56,294 bases of DNA. It comes from a virus (Duplodnaviria > Caudoviricetes). A model generated the notes under the pieces. It ran no database searches. It worked only from the letters and a program-made list of their open reading frames with translations, and had not been told where the DNA came from. Shown here piece after piece: positions 18,366-29,039 of the stretch. The position numbers and the translations under genes were made by a program. The stretch spans positions 1-56,294 of IMG/VR virus record IMGVR_UViG_3300014903_000004; one strand, written 5' to 3'. Position 1 is the first letter of the stretch, and each line of letters begins with the position of its first letter.

Positions 18366-19906
18366 AGTGAATAAGTGATATCCCCAAGTGCTATTATTTC
18401 GTTATATAAGCTCTCAATACTTCCTGTTGGCGTTGATAAAACAAACTGATTTACGCCTTGTTTCGTTTCTATGTCAAAACTATTTTGTATAGCTGTTCTG
18501 TAAGCGTCCTGTGTGATTGTTGCACCAGGCTCAGTTGTAAAGAATAGATCCTCAAGATTTTGAGCTATTGAAGTTCTTAGCCCGCTGGTATCAGGAACCA
18601 ATGTTGTAAAAACAAAATCAACGCTCTTCAATGTTGGCCCGTCAACTATAACGTCTGCATCAGATGTATGCGCTGGCTTAATTGTAAGTATCTGATCTTT
18701 CACGTCTTGTATTTCCTGAGCACTTGGAATTATTGTTGCGTCATTATCACGAACAAAGAATACTCGGACTTGTCCAGGCTGAATGTTACTGTAATCAACC
18801 GTTATGCTTCCTGTTGCAGTTCCATTTGATCCGGGGTTATAATAAGCAACGTTATCACTATCTACGACAAGACACTCAAAATCTCCGTTATACTCGGCTT
18901 CATTTGCTCCCGACGGCTGTATCAGCATACCGCTAAAAAGATCGTGATCCTCAGGAAACGTTATATTCTTAAATCCGTTTATGGATGTTATTGTAGTTGC
19001 AACTTGACTTGTGTTTACTTCGTTAGCACCGATCACCCAAACACGTGTAACACCGGATACTTTGCGCGCCTCAAGTTCGATGCTTGTTTTATCAAAATTC
19101 GTCTGAGGGTTTTGTTGAAATAATTCTATTCTTTCTCTGAACGAATCTTCACTTTCAACATCGGCCCCGCCATCCATACCGGAAAACTGAGTATAAACAT
19201 TGCTTTCAACACCGGCGATAGATTGTGATAGAGACAATATAGAGCCGCCTGCTAAGTTTGCTGAGGCTGTAGCGGTTTCAGATATAGCAGAAACGACTAC
19301 TCCTGTATATGTTGCCGTTGGTAATCCTGTCGCGGGGCTGGTAGTAGAGCTTAACAAAGTATATTGCAACTGAGTTTCAGAGATAACAGTTATAACAAAA
19401 TCGCCGTTGTATTCAATCTCAACAGTGTCAGCAAAAGTTATAGTCATCCCGGAGCCTAAACCATGAGCAGTATTAAAAACAGCGGTAGCAGTAACACCTG
19501 AACTTGTCAAAGTCGGTATTGCAATTGTATTTTCAGAAATGGTTTTAGTTAGCTCAGAATTATATGTCTCTCCATTTTGCCCTTGAATAGGTGTGTTAAT
19601 TGGAACATCGGTTCCGGCAATACCGACAAAGATAACATTTCCTTGTGCCTGAATTGGACTGTTAGGTGTCAATCCGTATTCAAGACCTTTATTTAGTAAA
19701 GCCTGCTCCTCTGCCGTAGCTGTGAATGTATCACGCACAACTATTTCAAGCGAGTCGTAAAGTTCTCTAACTCGGTTTGAGTCTGAGACTATTAAAGCAT
19801 TTGGCAACCCTGCCGGATCATATGGATTTGACAAAGGGTTTACAGTTTTAAAATCAGCCCGGCCTCTGTCACTTAATTCTTCAATTGTTGGTGTGTCTAA
19901 TGGCAT
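18362..19906 (-). CDS. Baseplate J-like protein (Mu gp47) with two inserted small beta domains
   Basis: GGADVESEDSFRERI, VSGVTRVWV, GQVRVFFVRD; start ATG 19906 with GAGG SD. Confidence 0.88.
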   Translation of the reverse strand: MPLDTPTIEELSDRGRADFKTVNPLSNPYDPAGLPNALIVSDSNRVRELYDSLEIVVRDTFTATAEEQALLNKGLEYGLTPNSPIQAQGNVIFVGIAGTDVPINTPIQGQNGETYNSELTKTISENTIAIPTLTSSGVTATAVFNTAHGLGSGMTITFADTVEIEYNGDFVITVISETQLQYTLLSSTTSPATGLPTATYTGVVVSAISETATASANLAGGSILSLSQSIAGVESNVYTQFSGMDGGADVESEDSFRERIELFQQNPQTNFDKTSIELEARKVSGVTRVWVIGANEVNTSQVATTITSINGFKNITFPEDHDLFSGMLIQPSGANEAEYNGDFECLVVDSDNVAYYNPGSNGTATGSITVDYSNIQPGQVRVFFVRDNDATIIPSAQEIQDVKDQILTIKPAHTSDADVIVDGPTLKSVDFVFTTLVPDTSGLRTSIAQNLEDLFFTTEPGATITQDAYRTAIQNSFDIETKQGVNQFVLSTPTGSIESLYNEIIALGDITYSL

Positions 19907-19907
19907 T

Positions 19908-20381
19908 TTATCCTCTAAAATAAATTGAACCTTTCCAAATTTGAGTGGTATACTTTGCAACTATATCAGAATCCACTTTAAATATAACATTGATTTCTAT
20001 TGTTTCCATTTCCAAAAGTCTGCCAGATACGTCTATTTGTGTTGCAAGACCTCTATCAATAAAGTGTTGCAGAGCGTCCTCAGTATCTGATATGTAATCG
20101 TTGAGCGTATCTTGTCTCAATCTTGTTTGCTTATTTAGCCACCATTTTGAGCCTATAAAATAAGCTTTTAATGGAGAAACAACATCGCCCTCCCAACCTC
20201 GTCGTAATTCAGGTTGCCGTATTTCCGATGGTTCGGCACGTCGGTCTGATTTTAGACTGATGTTTATTTCAGTATCATAACTGTCGTCATTACGAAAGTC
20301 ACCGGCAGAATCAAACTCGATGTCGTAAATACCAGTTTCTTTTTGCTGAAATAATCCAATTGTTTTTTTATTTATAGTCAT
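19908..20381 (-). CDS. Mu gp46-like baseplate protein
   Basis: ISLKSDRRA...RRGWEGD...IGSKWWL. Confidence 0.85.
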   Translation of the reverse strand: MTINKKTIGLFQQKETGIYDIEFDSAGDFRNDDSYDTEINISLKSDRRAEPSEIRQPELRRGWEGDVVSPLKAYFIGSKWWLNKQTRLRQDTLNDYISDTEDALQHFIDRGLATQIDVSGRLLEMETIEINVIFKVDSDIVAKYTTQIWKGSIYFRG

Positions 20382-20388
20382 AAGAATC

Positions 20389-20961
20389 CTATTGATTGTC
20401 CGGAGGGCCAACTGTGCCGCTATTATGTGTGTGTGCATCAACCGATTGATCAATGTCCCAGAATAAAGCTCCAAGCGATTGTATAATATTACCTATTATG
20501 GTTCCAATTACCGTTAAGCTTCCATTTATAACAGTATTTGCGTTTATAACTAAATTTGGCGCAGTCATTGTAATCATTTCGGTTGCTATTATGTTTGCAT
20601 TTTTAGCCCTTATTGTTAAATTTTCGGGGACGGTTATAAATCCATCTTTTGTACCAATTAGCTCAAAGTCACCAGTAGCTCTTAATACAAGTTTAGCTTT
20701 TGAAACCGTGCTAAATAAACAGACATCACCTTCTTTTAAATCTGTTGGCCTGTTTTTATAATCATTACCAAATCCAACCATATCATTATCATTACCGCGA
20801 AGAGGAATAACAACCCAAGCAGAACCGACCGGAGGCATAGAAAAGAAACCATATGGCGTAACATGTGGAACTTCCTTTATCTGCCCCAAGTATGAAACCT
20901 GAGCAACAGTAAAAGAACCATTATCATAAGGCTTTCCTTTTTGTATTGCGCCGTAATTCAT
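20389..20961 (-). CDS. Baseplate spike (Mu gp45-like)
   Basis: PYGFFSMPPVG, RPTDLKEGDVCLF, C-terminal HTH metal-binding tip (AHTHN). Confidence 0.85.
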   Translation of the reverse strand: MNYGAIQKGKPYDNGSFTVAQVSYLGQIKEVPHVTPYGFFSMPPVGSAWVVIPLRGNDNDMVGFGNDYKNRPTDLKEGDVCLFSTVSKAKLVLRATGDFELIGTKDGFITVPENLTIRAKNANIIATEMITMTAPNLVINANTVINGSLTVIGTIIGNIIQSLGALFWDIDQSVDAHTHNSGTVGPPDNQ

Positions 20962-22055
20962 TAAAAAAGTCCCTCGCCTATTTTATTGGTGTGCTTTGTC
21001 GGATCTTCAGCTTGTAGTTTATATGCATCATTTGCAATAAAAGACAGAGTGCTAGTCGTTCCGCCGCCTTTGGCTTCATTATATACAACTGAATTCAAAA
21101 GCATTATTGATTTCACATCAGCATAAGTATCATGAACAGCTATCTTCATTCCAGCTCTCCATGTTTTGCCATTTGGAGCTTTGTGACCCTTTACCACTAC
21201 ATTATATTTTATTGAATCAGCGCGACGTTTGTTTACTTCCCACACAGCTTGCTTTGTGCATCCTTCAGCGTCGGTAGCTGTTTTTGAAATGATAACCTTA
21301 GTTCTATTTCTTTTTACGTCAGAATCAAGAGCCTCGCCTTGAATATCCTCAACATTTAATCCGCCTCTTGCTATGCCTGCAAACCCATCCGAGCCGCCTT
21401 GAGATTTCACGATAATCTTTGAAAATCTCTTGCTCATGTTGTATTCTGCTTTTCCTGATTTAATAAATTCGTTGTCGGTTTCAGCGTATCTATTATTCAT
21501 AGTTATGTCTGTTGAGATTCCTGTATTATTGTACAAAACAAGACCCCCGAGGCCGTCTGAGCTTAATACTAAGCCTTTAAGCTCTGCATATTTCTTCAAG
21601 AATTCAAAAATACTGTCGCCTGTTTTTGCGCTCATCTCCTCTTCTTTTGTGAAATCAGAATCACCATCGCTTTCATCAATTACTTTGATTCCGCTAAATC
21701 CGTTGTCAAGCATAACTTTTACACAGAACACACTAAATGTCATTGGCCCCTGGTACTGAGTATTAGCGAAAACAGAACTATCAACCAAGTCAATTAAATT
21801 GCCATGCCCGCCGGTAGTAAGATCGTGTGAGCTCTTGCTGTATGATACCGTGTTTGGATTTATATATCCTCTAAGAATATGCTCACCGTCGATCTTAACT
21901 ATAACGTCGTCATATTCCTTGATGCCAGCGTCTTCTAGTTGTTGAATAGACGTTGAGAACTCAAAGCTACCAGCAATAGAATTAAGGGCATCGGTAACCT
22001 TTATTTCCTTGAGGCTTCCAAATATTTCACCATTTATTAATATTTCTATTGTCAT
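20961..22055 (-). CDS. Baseplate hub (Mu gpP/gp44-like)
   Basis: DLVDSS, SDGLGGLVL, RFSKIIVKSQ, AVWEVNKRRA. Confidence 0.85.
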   Translation of the reverse strand: MTIEILINGEIFGSLKEIKVTDALNSIAGSFEFSTSIQQLEDAGIKEYDDVIVKIDGEHILRGYINPNTVSYSKSSHDLTTGGHGNLIDLVDSSVFANTQYQGPMTFSVFCVKVMLDNGFSGIKVIDESDGDSDFTKEEEMSAKTGDSIFEFLKKYAELKGLVLSSDGLGGLVLYNNTGISTDITMNNRYAETDNEFIKSGKAEYNMSKRFSKIIVKSQGGSDGFAGIARGGLNVEDIQGEALDSDVKRNRTKVIISKTATDAEGCTKQAVWEVNKRRADSIKYNVVVKGHKAPNGKTWRAGMKIAVHDTYADVKSIMLLNSVVYNEAKGGGTTSTLSFIANDAYKLQAEDPTKHTNKIGEGLF

Positions 22056-23260
22056 TACAATGCACCTTGCTGAGTTATAATTTTCAGAGTCCCTGTTATG
22101 CCGCCCGTTTCTTCAAGTCCATTGAGACTTATAATCAAGCTGTATATCAGCTCAAACTCTTCCGTTCCCTCTGTCATGCCGTAGTACTGGTAAATAAGAG
22201 TAGACAATCCGGTATTGAAAACTTCTATCTCTATGATTCGTGAAACATCAAGAGCCAAGCTTTTTGTGATCTCAGTGAAATTAACCCTTATTGATTGAAG
22301 CTCAGTATATTGCTCTGATGTTGTAATATCATCGTTAAGTATCTTTTGAAATTGTGCCTGAATAACTATGTTGGTATTATTCAACTCATCTTCTGTTTGG
22401 TATTCAATTTCAACCGATGCAGCCGTTGCGTAAACCAAAGCATTTGACTGAGTTATCATTGCTTGTAACACTTGATTGTTCGCCTGCTCAACGCGAGTTC
22501 TTGTAGTCTGCGGTATTGTCGGAGCATCGTCACCAAACCCAAATAGTCCGGCAAAAAAATCGAATCTACTCTTTGCGGTCGTTATGAATCCATAAGTTGC
22601 TCCATACAAATCAAAGATATCACGCGCAAGGTCAACGCCACTTGTAAAATTGCCTTTCTCGAATCCAAGAAGTTGAGATGTGAATTCACCTAATTTTGTA
22701 GGATCGTTTATTAAGCCCTCTGCTTTTTTAAAGCCAGCCGCCAAATCTTTCACGAACTTCTGAGCTTGCTGCATTGCAGAAAGAGTTGATATTCCGTATT
22801 CGGGCCCAAATTTAGCACTATTTAAAGTAGCAATAAATTCAGCCTGGTTAAATACTTTTTGAGGTGTTACTTTTGACCGGACAAATCCAACTCTATCTAT
22901 GACGGTAAATTTGACAGATATGGGCGCTATGCCTATCTCTGCTATACTTTCATTCAATGTATAAGGGCCGTCAACAACAACATAAAGCTTGCCTTGTGTT
23001 GGGTGAACTAAATCTTTACCAGCCCCGCGGCTAAGGATAGCCTCCATAGAATCACGGTTTCGGTAATACTCGCGCCCGACCCCGTGAACATATATATTCA
23101 TATTAAAACTGCGAGGCGGCTTACCAACTTCCTCTTGATCAACATTGTCAGAGTTGACATAAGAATGTACTATTGTACTTCCGCCATCAGTAACAGCGCT
23201 CTCAGTAAAGTTAAATGGGATCCCGTCAATAGATCCTTTCAATAAATCTTCTTGACTCAT
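22055..23260 (-). CDS. Mu gpN-like DNA circularisation/tail protein
   Basis: GSIDGIPF, EEVGKPPRSF, GKDLVHPTQG. Confidence 0.85.
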   Translation of the reverse strand: MSQEDLLKGSIDGIPFNFTESAVTDGGSTIVHSYVNSDNVDQEEVGKPPRSFNMNIYVHGVGREYYRNRDSMEAILSRGAGKDLVHPTQGKLYVVVDGPYTLNESIAEIGIAPISVKFTVIDRVGFVRSKVTPQKVFNQAEFIATLNSAKFGPEYGISTLSAMQQAQKFVKDLAAGFKKAEGLINDPTKLGEFTSQLLGFEKGNFTSGVDLARDIFDLYGATYGFITTAKSRFDFFAGLFGFGDDAPTIPQTTRTRVEQANNQVLQAMITQSNALVYATAASVEIEYQTEDELNNTNIVIQAQFQKILNDDITTSEQYTELQSIRVNFTEITKSLALDVSRIIEIEVFNTGLSTLIYQYYGMTEGTEEFELIYSLIISLNGLEETGGITGTLKIITQQGAL

Positions 23261-25218
23261 TATACACCTCCAGCGAAAGAAACACCGGCATTATCAAGCC
23301 CGAATAATTTTGTTTTAACTGATTCAATTTGATTATCACGATCTCTCATGTTTATATTTAAATCAGCCCTTATTCTTTGGTCTGGCGCTTGCTGCGGTGA
23401 AAAACCATCTACAGTAAGTTTTTTCTGTTCTTCAAGTTTTAATGTAGTGTCTCTTCCTGATTGTAGCTTTTCAGCCATCTTTTCCATCTTGCTGCTTTCA
23501 ATTCCGATTGCATTAGAAACCCATGCAATTTTTTCCATTATCCAACCAATCTTACTTTTAAAATCACCTATTATACCGTCCCAAAGAGCAGTGAAGAAAA
23601 CACCAACCGCTTCCCAATTTTTAATGAGGAACTTAGCCGCGGCAATCAACCAGAATATAGGGCCACCAACTATCCATTTTATTATAGTCCCTAACATCCC
23701 AAAGCTGTCGAACCAAGCATTTATAGCATCCCAATTATTCCACATCAAGGTTGTTATGGTTATAATTACCGCTATTAATGCAGCAATTAATGCTATTGTA
23801 CCAGCTGCAGCAACTCCAATCGTTCCTATAATAGTTGCAACGCTTCCGGCAATAGCCAAGACTGGTGATAACACAGCAAGGAAAACAATAAATGCTATGG
23901 TTAAAAATTTGGTTGACTTTCCAGAATCAGTAAACTTCTTTGCTAACCATGTGATTGCCTTAACTAGTTGAAGTGTTATAGGCCGGAGCTTGTCACCCAT
24001 CTCTATAAGGGCCAGTGTCAATTCACCTTTCATGTTGGCGGCATTATCTGCAACTGTTTTCTGAACGTTTGCATATGCAGCTAAAACTACACTGTTATCT
24101 TTTGTCTGGTTCTTTGATTCTTCTAATGTATCTGTCAAAAGTTTCATTTTCTCATCAGTCAAACCAAGAGCACCGATCATTGCTCTAATATTAGGCAATG
24201 CCATTTTTATTGCATTTGGATGCTCTTTCTGAGCTTTTAACAATCGTCTGAATGTTTCTGTTAATCCAGCCGCTCTTACATCAGTTACCTTGAATGGTAT
24301 GTTTAAAGCCTTAAGTGTCTTTGCTGCTCTACCTTGAACGACAGACAATTGAGAGAATACTCCACGCAAAGAAACAACGGCCTCTTCTGTTGAGAGTCCA
24401 CCCTTTGTGAATATTGCAGTAGCGGTCGCAGCTTCACCGAAACTAAGCCCCATAGCTTTTGCAATAGGCAAAAACCTGCTTATTGATCCGGAAAGAGTCT
24501 CAATGTCAGTTCGTCCAATTCTCTGAGCAAGAAATAAATCACGGGCAACTTTCGCCGCCCCGCCTGCTTTTATTTCCCACACCTCCATTGCTGAAGTCAT
24601 AGCTCTAAGGGCTGGAGTCAATGCCGAGTTACCGGCTTTAGCTAGAATCAATCCCTCTTTATATGTAGATAAGGCGCGTTCAGTAGCCCCCATGCCTGAG
24701 ACTGTATCAAACATAGCACTGTTTGAGCCCTGAATACCAAAGCCCATGCTGATTGCTTTTTTGGTAACACCTTCTATGGATTTACCTATTTCAGAATAGC
24801 GTTTCGTTGCATTAAGGTTGAAGGTAGCGGTTAAGCCCGCCTCAAACTTTGCATGAGCTGCAACGGATCCCATTATGGTAGCTGTTGCAATAAGGCTTGC
24901 TGTTCGGGTAGATGAAGCCATTGACTTCATTCTGCCGCCTGCAGCCCTAAGTGTTGCGCCCATATTGGCTTTTGCTTCTTTAGCCTTTTTCTTTAAGACC
25001 TCGAACATAGAGCCGACTTTCTTGCCTTCATTTTTTATAGATTGAAGAGCTCTTGAGCCAGCCTTACCCATCTGTACAAAACGAGATGACATAACATTGG
25101 CTTGAGCTTGGTTAGCCTTGAGTTGTTTTTGAAGGTCTTGATTGTCTTTTTTGAATTTCTTCATTGCCGGGCTCATCCGGTCAATTACTTTATATAAGAA
25201 TGCTGCTGAAAAGGCCAT
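23260..25218 (-). CDS. Tail tape measure protein
   Basis: Ala/Gly-rich helical protein with Trp-periodic C-terminal repeats; follows the chaperone. Confidence 0.9.
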   Translation of the reverse strand: MAFSAAFLYKVIDRMSPAMKKFKKDNQDLQKQLKANQAQANVMSSRFVQMGKAGSRALQSIKNEGKKVGSMFEVLKKKAKEAKANMGATLRAAGGRMKSMASSTRTASLIATATIMGSVAAHAKFEAGLTATFNLNATKRYSEIGKSIEGVTKKAISMGFGIQGSNSAMFDTVSGMGATERALSTYKEGLILAKAGNSALTPALRAMTSAMEVWEIKAGGAAKVARDLFLAQRIGRTDIETLSGSISRFLPIAKAMGLSFGEAATATAIFTKGGLSTEEAVVSLRGVFSQLSVVQGRAAKTLKALNIPFKVTDVRAAGLTETFRRLLKAQKEHPNAIKMALPNIRAMIGALGLTDEKMKLLTDTLEESKNQTKDNSVVLAAYANVQKTVADNAANMKGELTLALIEMGDKLRPITLQLVKAITWLAKKFTDSGKSTKFLTIAFIVFLAVLSPVLAIAGSVATIIGTIGVAAAGTIALIAALIAVIITITTLMWNNWDAINAWFDSFGMLGTIIKWIVGGPIFWLIAAAKFLIKNWEAVGVFFTALWDGIIGDFKSKIGWIMEKIAWVSNAIGIESSKMEKMAEKLQSGRDTTLKLEEQKKLTVDGFSPQQAPDQRIRADLNINMRDRDNQIESVKTKLFGLDNAGVSFAGGV

Positions 25219-25279
25219 TTGTATAATTCCTTAATTTACTTTATGGAGTAGCTAATCTCTTAGCCACTCTAAAAACAAA

Positions 25280-25474
25280 TTACATATTTCTATTATTTTG
25301 ATCATTCTTACGTTGAGCCGATTTATTGAACTCTTCAATAATTATAGCCATCTCGTCGAATGAAGTCTCATTTCTCAGCTTATGATAATCAAAGCTTCCT
25401 TGACTCTCGATTGCTAATTGAGCTGACTGGCGAACGACTTGCTCGTTGTTTAGTCCAAAATATTTGTAAAATTT
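25280..25474 (-). CDS. -1 frameshift extension of the tail assembly chaperone (G-T type)
   Basis: Slippery A-AAT-TTT at 25474-25468; the -1 frame stays open for 64 codons to TAA at 25280. Confidence 0.7.
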   Translation of the reverse strand, partial: KFYKYFGLNNEQVVRQSAQLAIESQGSFDYHKLRNETSFDEMAIIIEEFNKSAQRKNDQNNRNM

Positions 25475-25944
25475 ACAATGTAGTAACCTAGCAGCCTCCG
25501 CAGTTCTTTATGCGGGATTAACTCAACAACATCTTTGGTAACTGTCAGATTACCGTTTATTTGAGCTTTGTTCGCCCCATAAGAAAGAATCTTTTTCAAG
25601 ACTTTGTAGCATTTTTTAATATCAGCCTTACCCATCGTAAGCTGAGTAAAAATGATCATTGCCTCCTTGTCTTCTTCTTCTCTTATTTCAGCTTCAGATT
25701 TCGCTTTTTCTTTTGTATCATCTTCTTTCTTTGCGTCTGTAGCTTCTTTGATTTGCTCATCCGAGATACCCTCTGATAACTTCATCGAGTTAGCGTAAGC
25801 AAACCCCTGTTGTTCCTCAAGTTCACCAAGATAATCAGACATCGACCCGTTTGGCTCCTGAATTTCAATGTATTCCGCTGTTTGTTCAGCGTCAAACGTT
25901 GCAATTCCTGTCTTGAATGGTTTTTTAAAATCCACCTTTAACAT
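25450..25944 (-). CDS. Tail assembly chaperone
   Basis: Lies between tube and tape measure genes; GGAGGT SD. Confidence 0.75.
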   Translation of the reverse strand: MLKVDFKKPFKTGIATFDAEQTAEYIEIQEPNGSMSDYLGELEEQQGFAYANSMKLSEGISDEQIKEATDAKKEDDTKEKAKSEAEIREEEDKEAMIIFTQLTMGKADIKKCYKVLKKILSYGANKAQINGNLTVTKDVVELIPHKELRRLLGYYIVNFTNILD

Positions 25945-26002
25945 TCTACACCTCCATTTAATTTATTAATCGCGCCTATGCTGGGACGCGATTTATTACT
26001 CA

Positions 26003-26377
26003 TTAAGTTAGCTTAGAACCTTTGAATTCCAAGGTCTTTTTACCATCGCTTCCGGTAGAAAATTCACCGTTAGCGTTAGTAGATTTTCCTCTCATTGTTG
26101 TTTGAAAGTCTGAATCATCAGACCATACAACAATTGAAACAACAGGGCGACGCTCAAGAGCGTTGATATCTTTTACGTTTTGCTCTGTTGAGTACATGTC
26201 AATTTTAATATGACCAAGAGCCTCTTCAAGGTTGTCAGAAGTGACGAAACCGCCGCTCTCTGTTCCCTTAAAGTCGCTTGGTGCGTTACCGTAGTTGAGC
26301 ATGATTGAGTTCGCGACGATATCAGTTAGTTCGATTTCGTCTACTCTTACTCGTAGTTTTCCAATTACTTGAGACAT
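26003..26377 (-). CDS. Tail tube protein
   Basis: 124 aa directly after the sheath; C-terminal LEFKG. Confidence 0.75.
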   Translation of the reverse strand: MSQVIGKLRVRVDEIELTDIVANSIMLNYGNAPSDFKGTESGGFVTSDNLEEALGHIKIDMYSTEQNVKDINALERRPVVSIVVWSDDSDFQTTMRGKSTNANGEFSTGSDGKKTLEFKGSKLT

Positions 26378-26391
26378 TTTATATCCCCTTA

Positions 26392-27966
26392 TTAGTTAAG
26401 ATTAAATGTTATTGCAAGAGGCGCGTTAATAATGCGCGTCTGTGTGTAAATCGGAAGAATAGCTTGGATGTCAATTGTACCAGTGAGCAAGTCAATGTTA
26501 ACAACAAGAGCATCATTATACTTCTCTGCAACAGTTGAGCCAGTGCTACCAAGAACACCAGAGCGAAGCAATACAAACTCTTCACTTGATAGCGATTGGT
26601 AATACTTCATCATGTCAGCCTTAACACCGTTCTCGGATGCCGAAGGATGCTCAGACAATGATTGACCATCAGTAAGGCGAGCCTGCCCGTAGTCAATTTT
26701 CAATCCAAGGAATATGAACTCACGAGAAGCTGTTGAAGTATCAACATAGTTCAAGAACTTGTATGTCAAGTCAGTCAAGCCTTGAATATTCGTCTTATAC
26801 ATTGTCAGCAGCTCACCAAGAATAATAGCGTTTCTTGATTCGTTGTTACCCATCAGCGAGAAACCGGCATCCATAAGATCTTTCACTTCGCCAGATTGAG
26901 AATCGCCTTTGAATCCTTCACCAAGCGGAATTGGATCAAGTGTAACAACGAGCGTATTTGCATAAGGCAGTGTCGCAGTGTGAACTCCACCGATATTGTC
27001 AGCAGGGGTGCGAGTTGTCATAATGCTGGCAAGGCTTGAGTTGTCATTCAAACGAAGTGCGCGCGTTCCAGCAATCATTGCAACGCGGTTTTGAATCTGA
27101 GCTCCAAGAGCGTTACCGGTTTTGAATGTCTTGGCAACTGGCTTGTCTCCCTGAATCAATAGAGACTGTGAATTCTCTGCATCACCAACCACAACAAGAT
27201 TTGACTTTGTGTCAACGATTCCTGTGAATAAAACACCGTCAAGAATGTTATTCGCGAAATTGAAGCGACTGTCAAGGAAGTCCACCATGTCGCCAATGCC
27301 ATATTCATGAGGCATTACAACATCTGTGCGGTATTCGTCCATAAGGTCTTCAATGTTTGTGATAACCGGGTCAGTTGCGCCGCCAGTGAAAGCCGTAAGA
27401 GCAACAGATATTCCAGCAACAGAACCTTCAACAATTAAGTTGATTCCATCCCCGACAGTTCCTTTATTCTTTGCTGTCAATGTTACAACACCAACCGCAT
27501 TAACTGCAGTTACAGGCGTTCTAGTCAATGCTGTTATTGCAGCTTCAAGAGCGTCACCGACCAGTGTCGGAGTATCATCGATAACAACAGGAACAATTGC
27601 TTTATGCTCGCTGTCTTTATCACCGGCGTAAACTGTAAACGTTCCATTCTCTGTGGCATTTGTTCCGGTAAAGGTAACAATACCTTCTGACGATGTACCC
27701 GCTCCATCTTCAAGAGCAATCGCGTTGACCTGGGAAACATTGTTTGTTTTGCGATAGTTACGAATCATCTCAGCGAGCATTGAGCCTGCACCGAAAAGCG
27801 CGTCCTCTGCATTTGCGTCGATGTCTTCGATTACCTCAAGAGCTGTTGCAGAACCACCCGCCAGCTTTTGACCGATAAATGTTGTTACTTTTGGTTTCAC
27901 CGCCCGTACTGGCTCCGCTGGTATTAGCGGTGCGTTGATGAACGGAAACTGTACTTTGTCAGCCAT
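26392..27966 (-). CDS. Contractile tail sheath (Mu gpL-like)
   Basis: LFGAGSMLAEM, VTLTAKNKGTVG, FTGGATDP, TMYKTN. Confidence 0.92.
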   Translation of the reverse strand: MADKVQFPFINAPLIPAEPVRAVKPKVTTFIGQKLAGGSATALEVIEDIDANAEDALFGAGSMLAEMIRNYRKTNNVSQVNAIALEDGAGTSSEGIVTFTGTNATENGTFTVYAGDKDSEHKAIVPVVIDDTPTLVGDALEAAITALTRTPVTAVNAVGVVTLTAKNKGTVGDGINLIVEGSVAGISVALTAFTGGATDPVITNIEDLMDEYRTDVVMPHEYGIGDMVDFLDSRFNFANNILDGVLFTGIVDTKSNLVVVGDAENSQSLLIQGDKPVAKTFKTGNALGAQIQNRVAMIAGTRALRLNDNSSLASIMTTRTPADNIGGVHTATLPYANTLVVTLDPIPLGEGFKGDSQSGEVKDLMDAGFSLMGNNESRNAIILGELLTMYKTNIQGLTDLTYKFLNYVDTSTASREFIFLGLKIDYGQARLTDGQSLSEHPSASENGVKADMMKYYQSLSSEEFVLLRSGVLGSTGSTVAEKYNDALVVNIDLLTGTIDIQAILPIYTQTRIINAPLAITFNLN

Positions 27967-27968
27967 CT

Positions 27969-29039
27969 TTAAATCTCCTTAAATTCGATTGTGTCTGTTG
28001 CGATTGTTAGTTTATTGTTGGTGTTATTATCTTTGTAATCAACTATTATTTTTCTAACTTTTACCGTTGGCGATATAAACCCGTCAAGATTCTTTAGTGT
28101 TATCGCAGCTCCGAATTCGTATAAGTGACCGTATATTGCATTGTCATAATGCTCAGGGTTATCACCATCAAAAGAAACAGAGCTTGTCGTTTGTGATGTT
28201 GATTGAACAGGCTTGTAATTTATAAGTGACTTCCTGAGCGCATTTGCAATATCAACGCTCAATTCATCCACTGTATCAACACCTGAATCTTCGTTGTTTA
28301 TTTTTGCTAAAACAAAAACCGAAAAACTTTTAAATAGTTCCTGTGTATATTCGCCGTCTTTATTGATGTAGTTGAAATCGTGATTGCCTTCGCGCTGCTT
28401 TGAAACATTGGTTGCCATTGGAATTACAAAAGCCCAATAATCAGACGCTTTTTTATTGGTGTAATACTCAAGGGCCAACGCTGTATTGAACGCAAAAGCG
28501 ATCCTTGATATATCATTTGCACTTCTACAGTCTGATGTAAAATCAGCCTCCCCGACTATTTCAACAGTGTATGTCGTAGGTGTTGGAGTGCTAACTACCT
28601 CAAACAAGCCATTGTATCGAAGCAGATTCTTTTCAAGCAGCACCGGAGCACCGGTTGCAGTCCCATCAAAAAATGGTTCCACTGAATACGTAAATTGATT
28701 TTCATTGAACACTTTAGAATCTGTGAATATTCCGTTGAACTCGCTTTCTGTGGCTCCAACAATTTCTATCTCAGGTTGAAAACCATTCGTTAAATCATTC
28801 TGAATCGTGGTTTTAGCTGTTGCCGTTCCTTTAACAGATGCAAGGCTAATTAACGGATTAGAAAAAACAACGTCGGTTAGATTAACAAAGCCGCCGACAG
28901 CCAGGCCGTGCGCACTTGCGGTTGTTATTGTGGCAGTATTACCGACAAGAGAAAACGTTGCATCAATCCAATCGTTAAACCGATCAGTGTGCAATGGTAA
29001 GTATTGCCTAAGTTGATTTATTATTTCTGAATATTTCAT
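27969..29039 (-). CDS. Tail terminator/neck protein with inserted beta domains
   Basis: Position before the sheath; TASAHGL..G / YNG.F modules. Confidence 0.6.
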   Translation of the reverse strand: MKYSEIINQLRQYLPLHTDRFNDWIDATFSLVGNTATITTASAHGLAVGGFVNLTDVVFSNPLISLASVKGTATAKTTIQNDLTNGFQPEIEIVGATESEFNGIFTDSKVFNENQFTYSVEPFFDGTATGAPVLLEKNLLRYNGLFEVVSTPTPTTYTVEIVGEADFTSDCRSANDISRIAFAFNTALALEYYTNKKASDYWAFVIPMATNVSKQREGNHDFNYINKDGEYTQELFKSFSVFVLAKINNEDSGVDTVDELSVDIANALRKSLINYKPVQSTSQTTSSVSFDGDNPEHYDNAIYGHLYEFGAAITLKNLDGFISPTVKVRKIIVDYKDNNTNNKLTIATDTIEFKEI

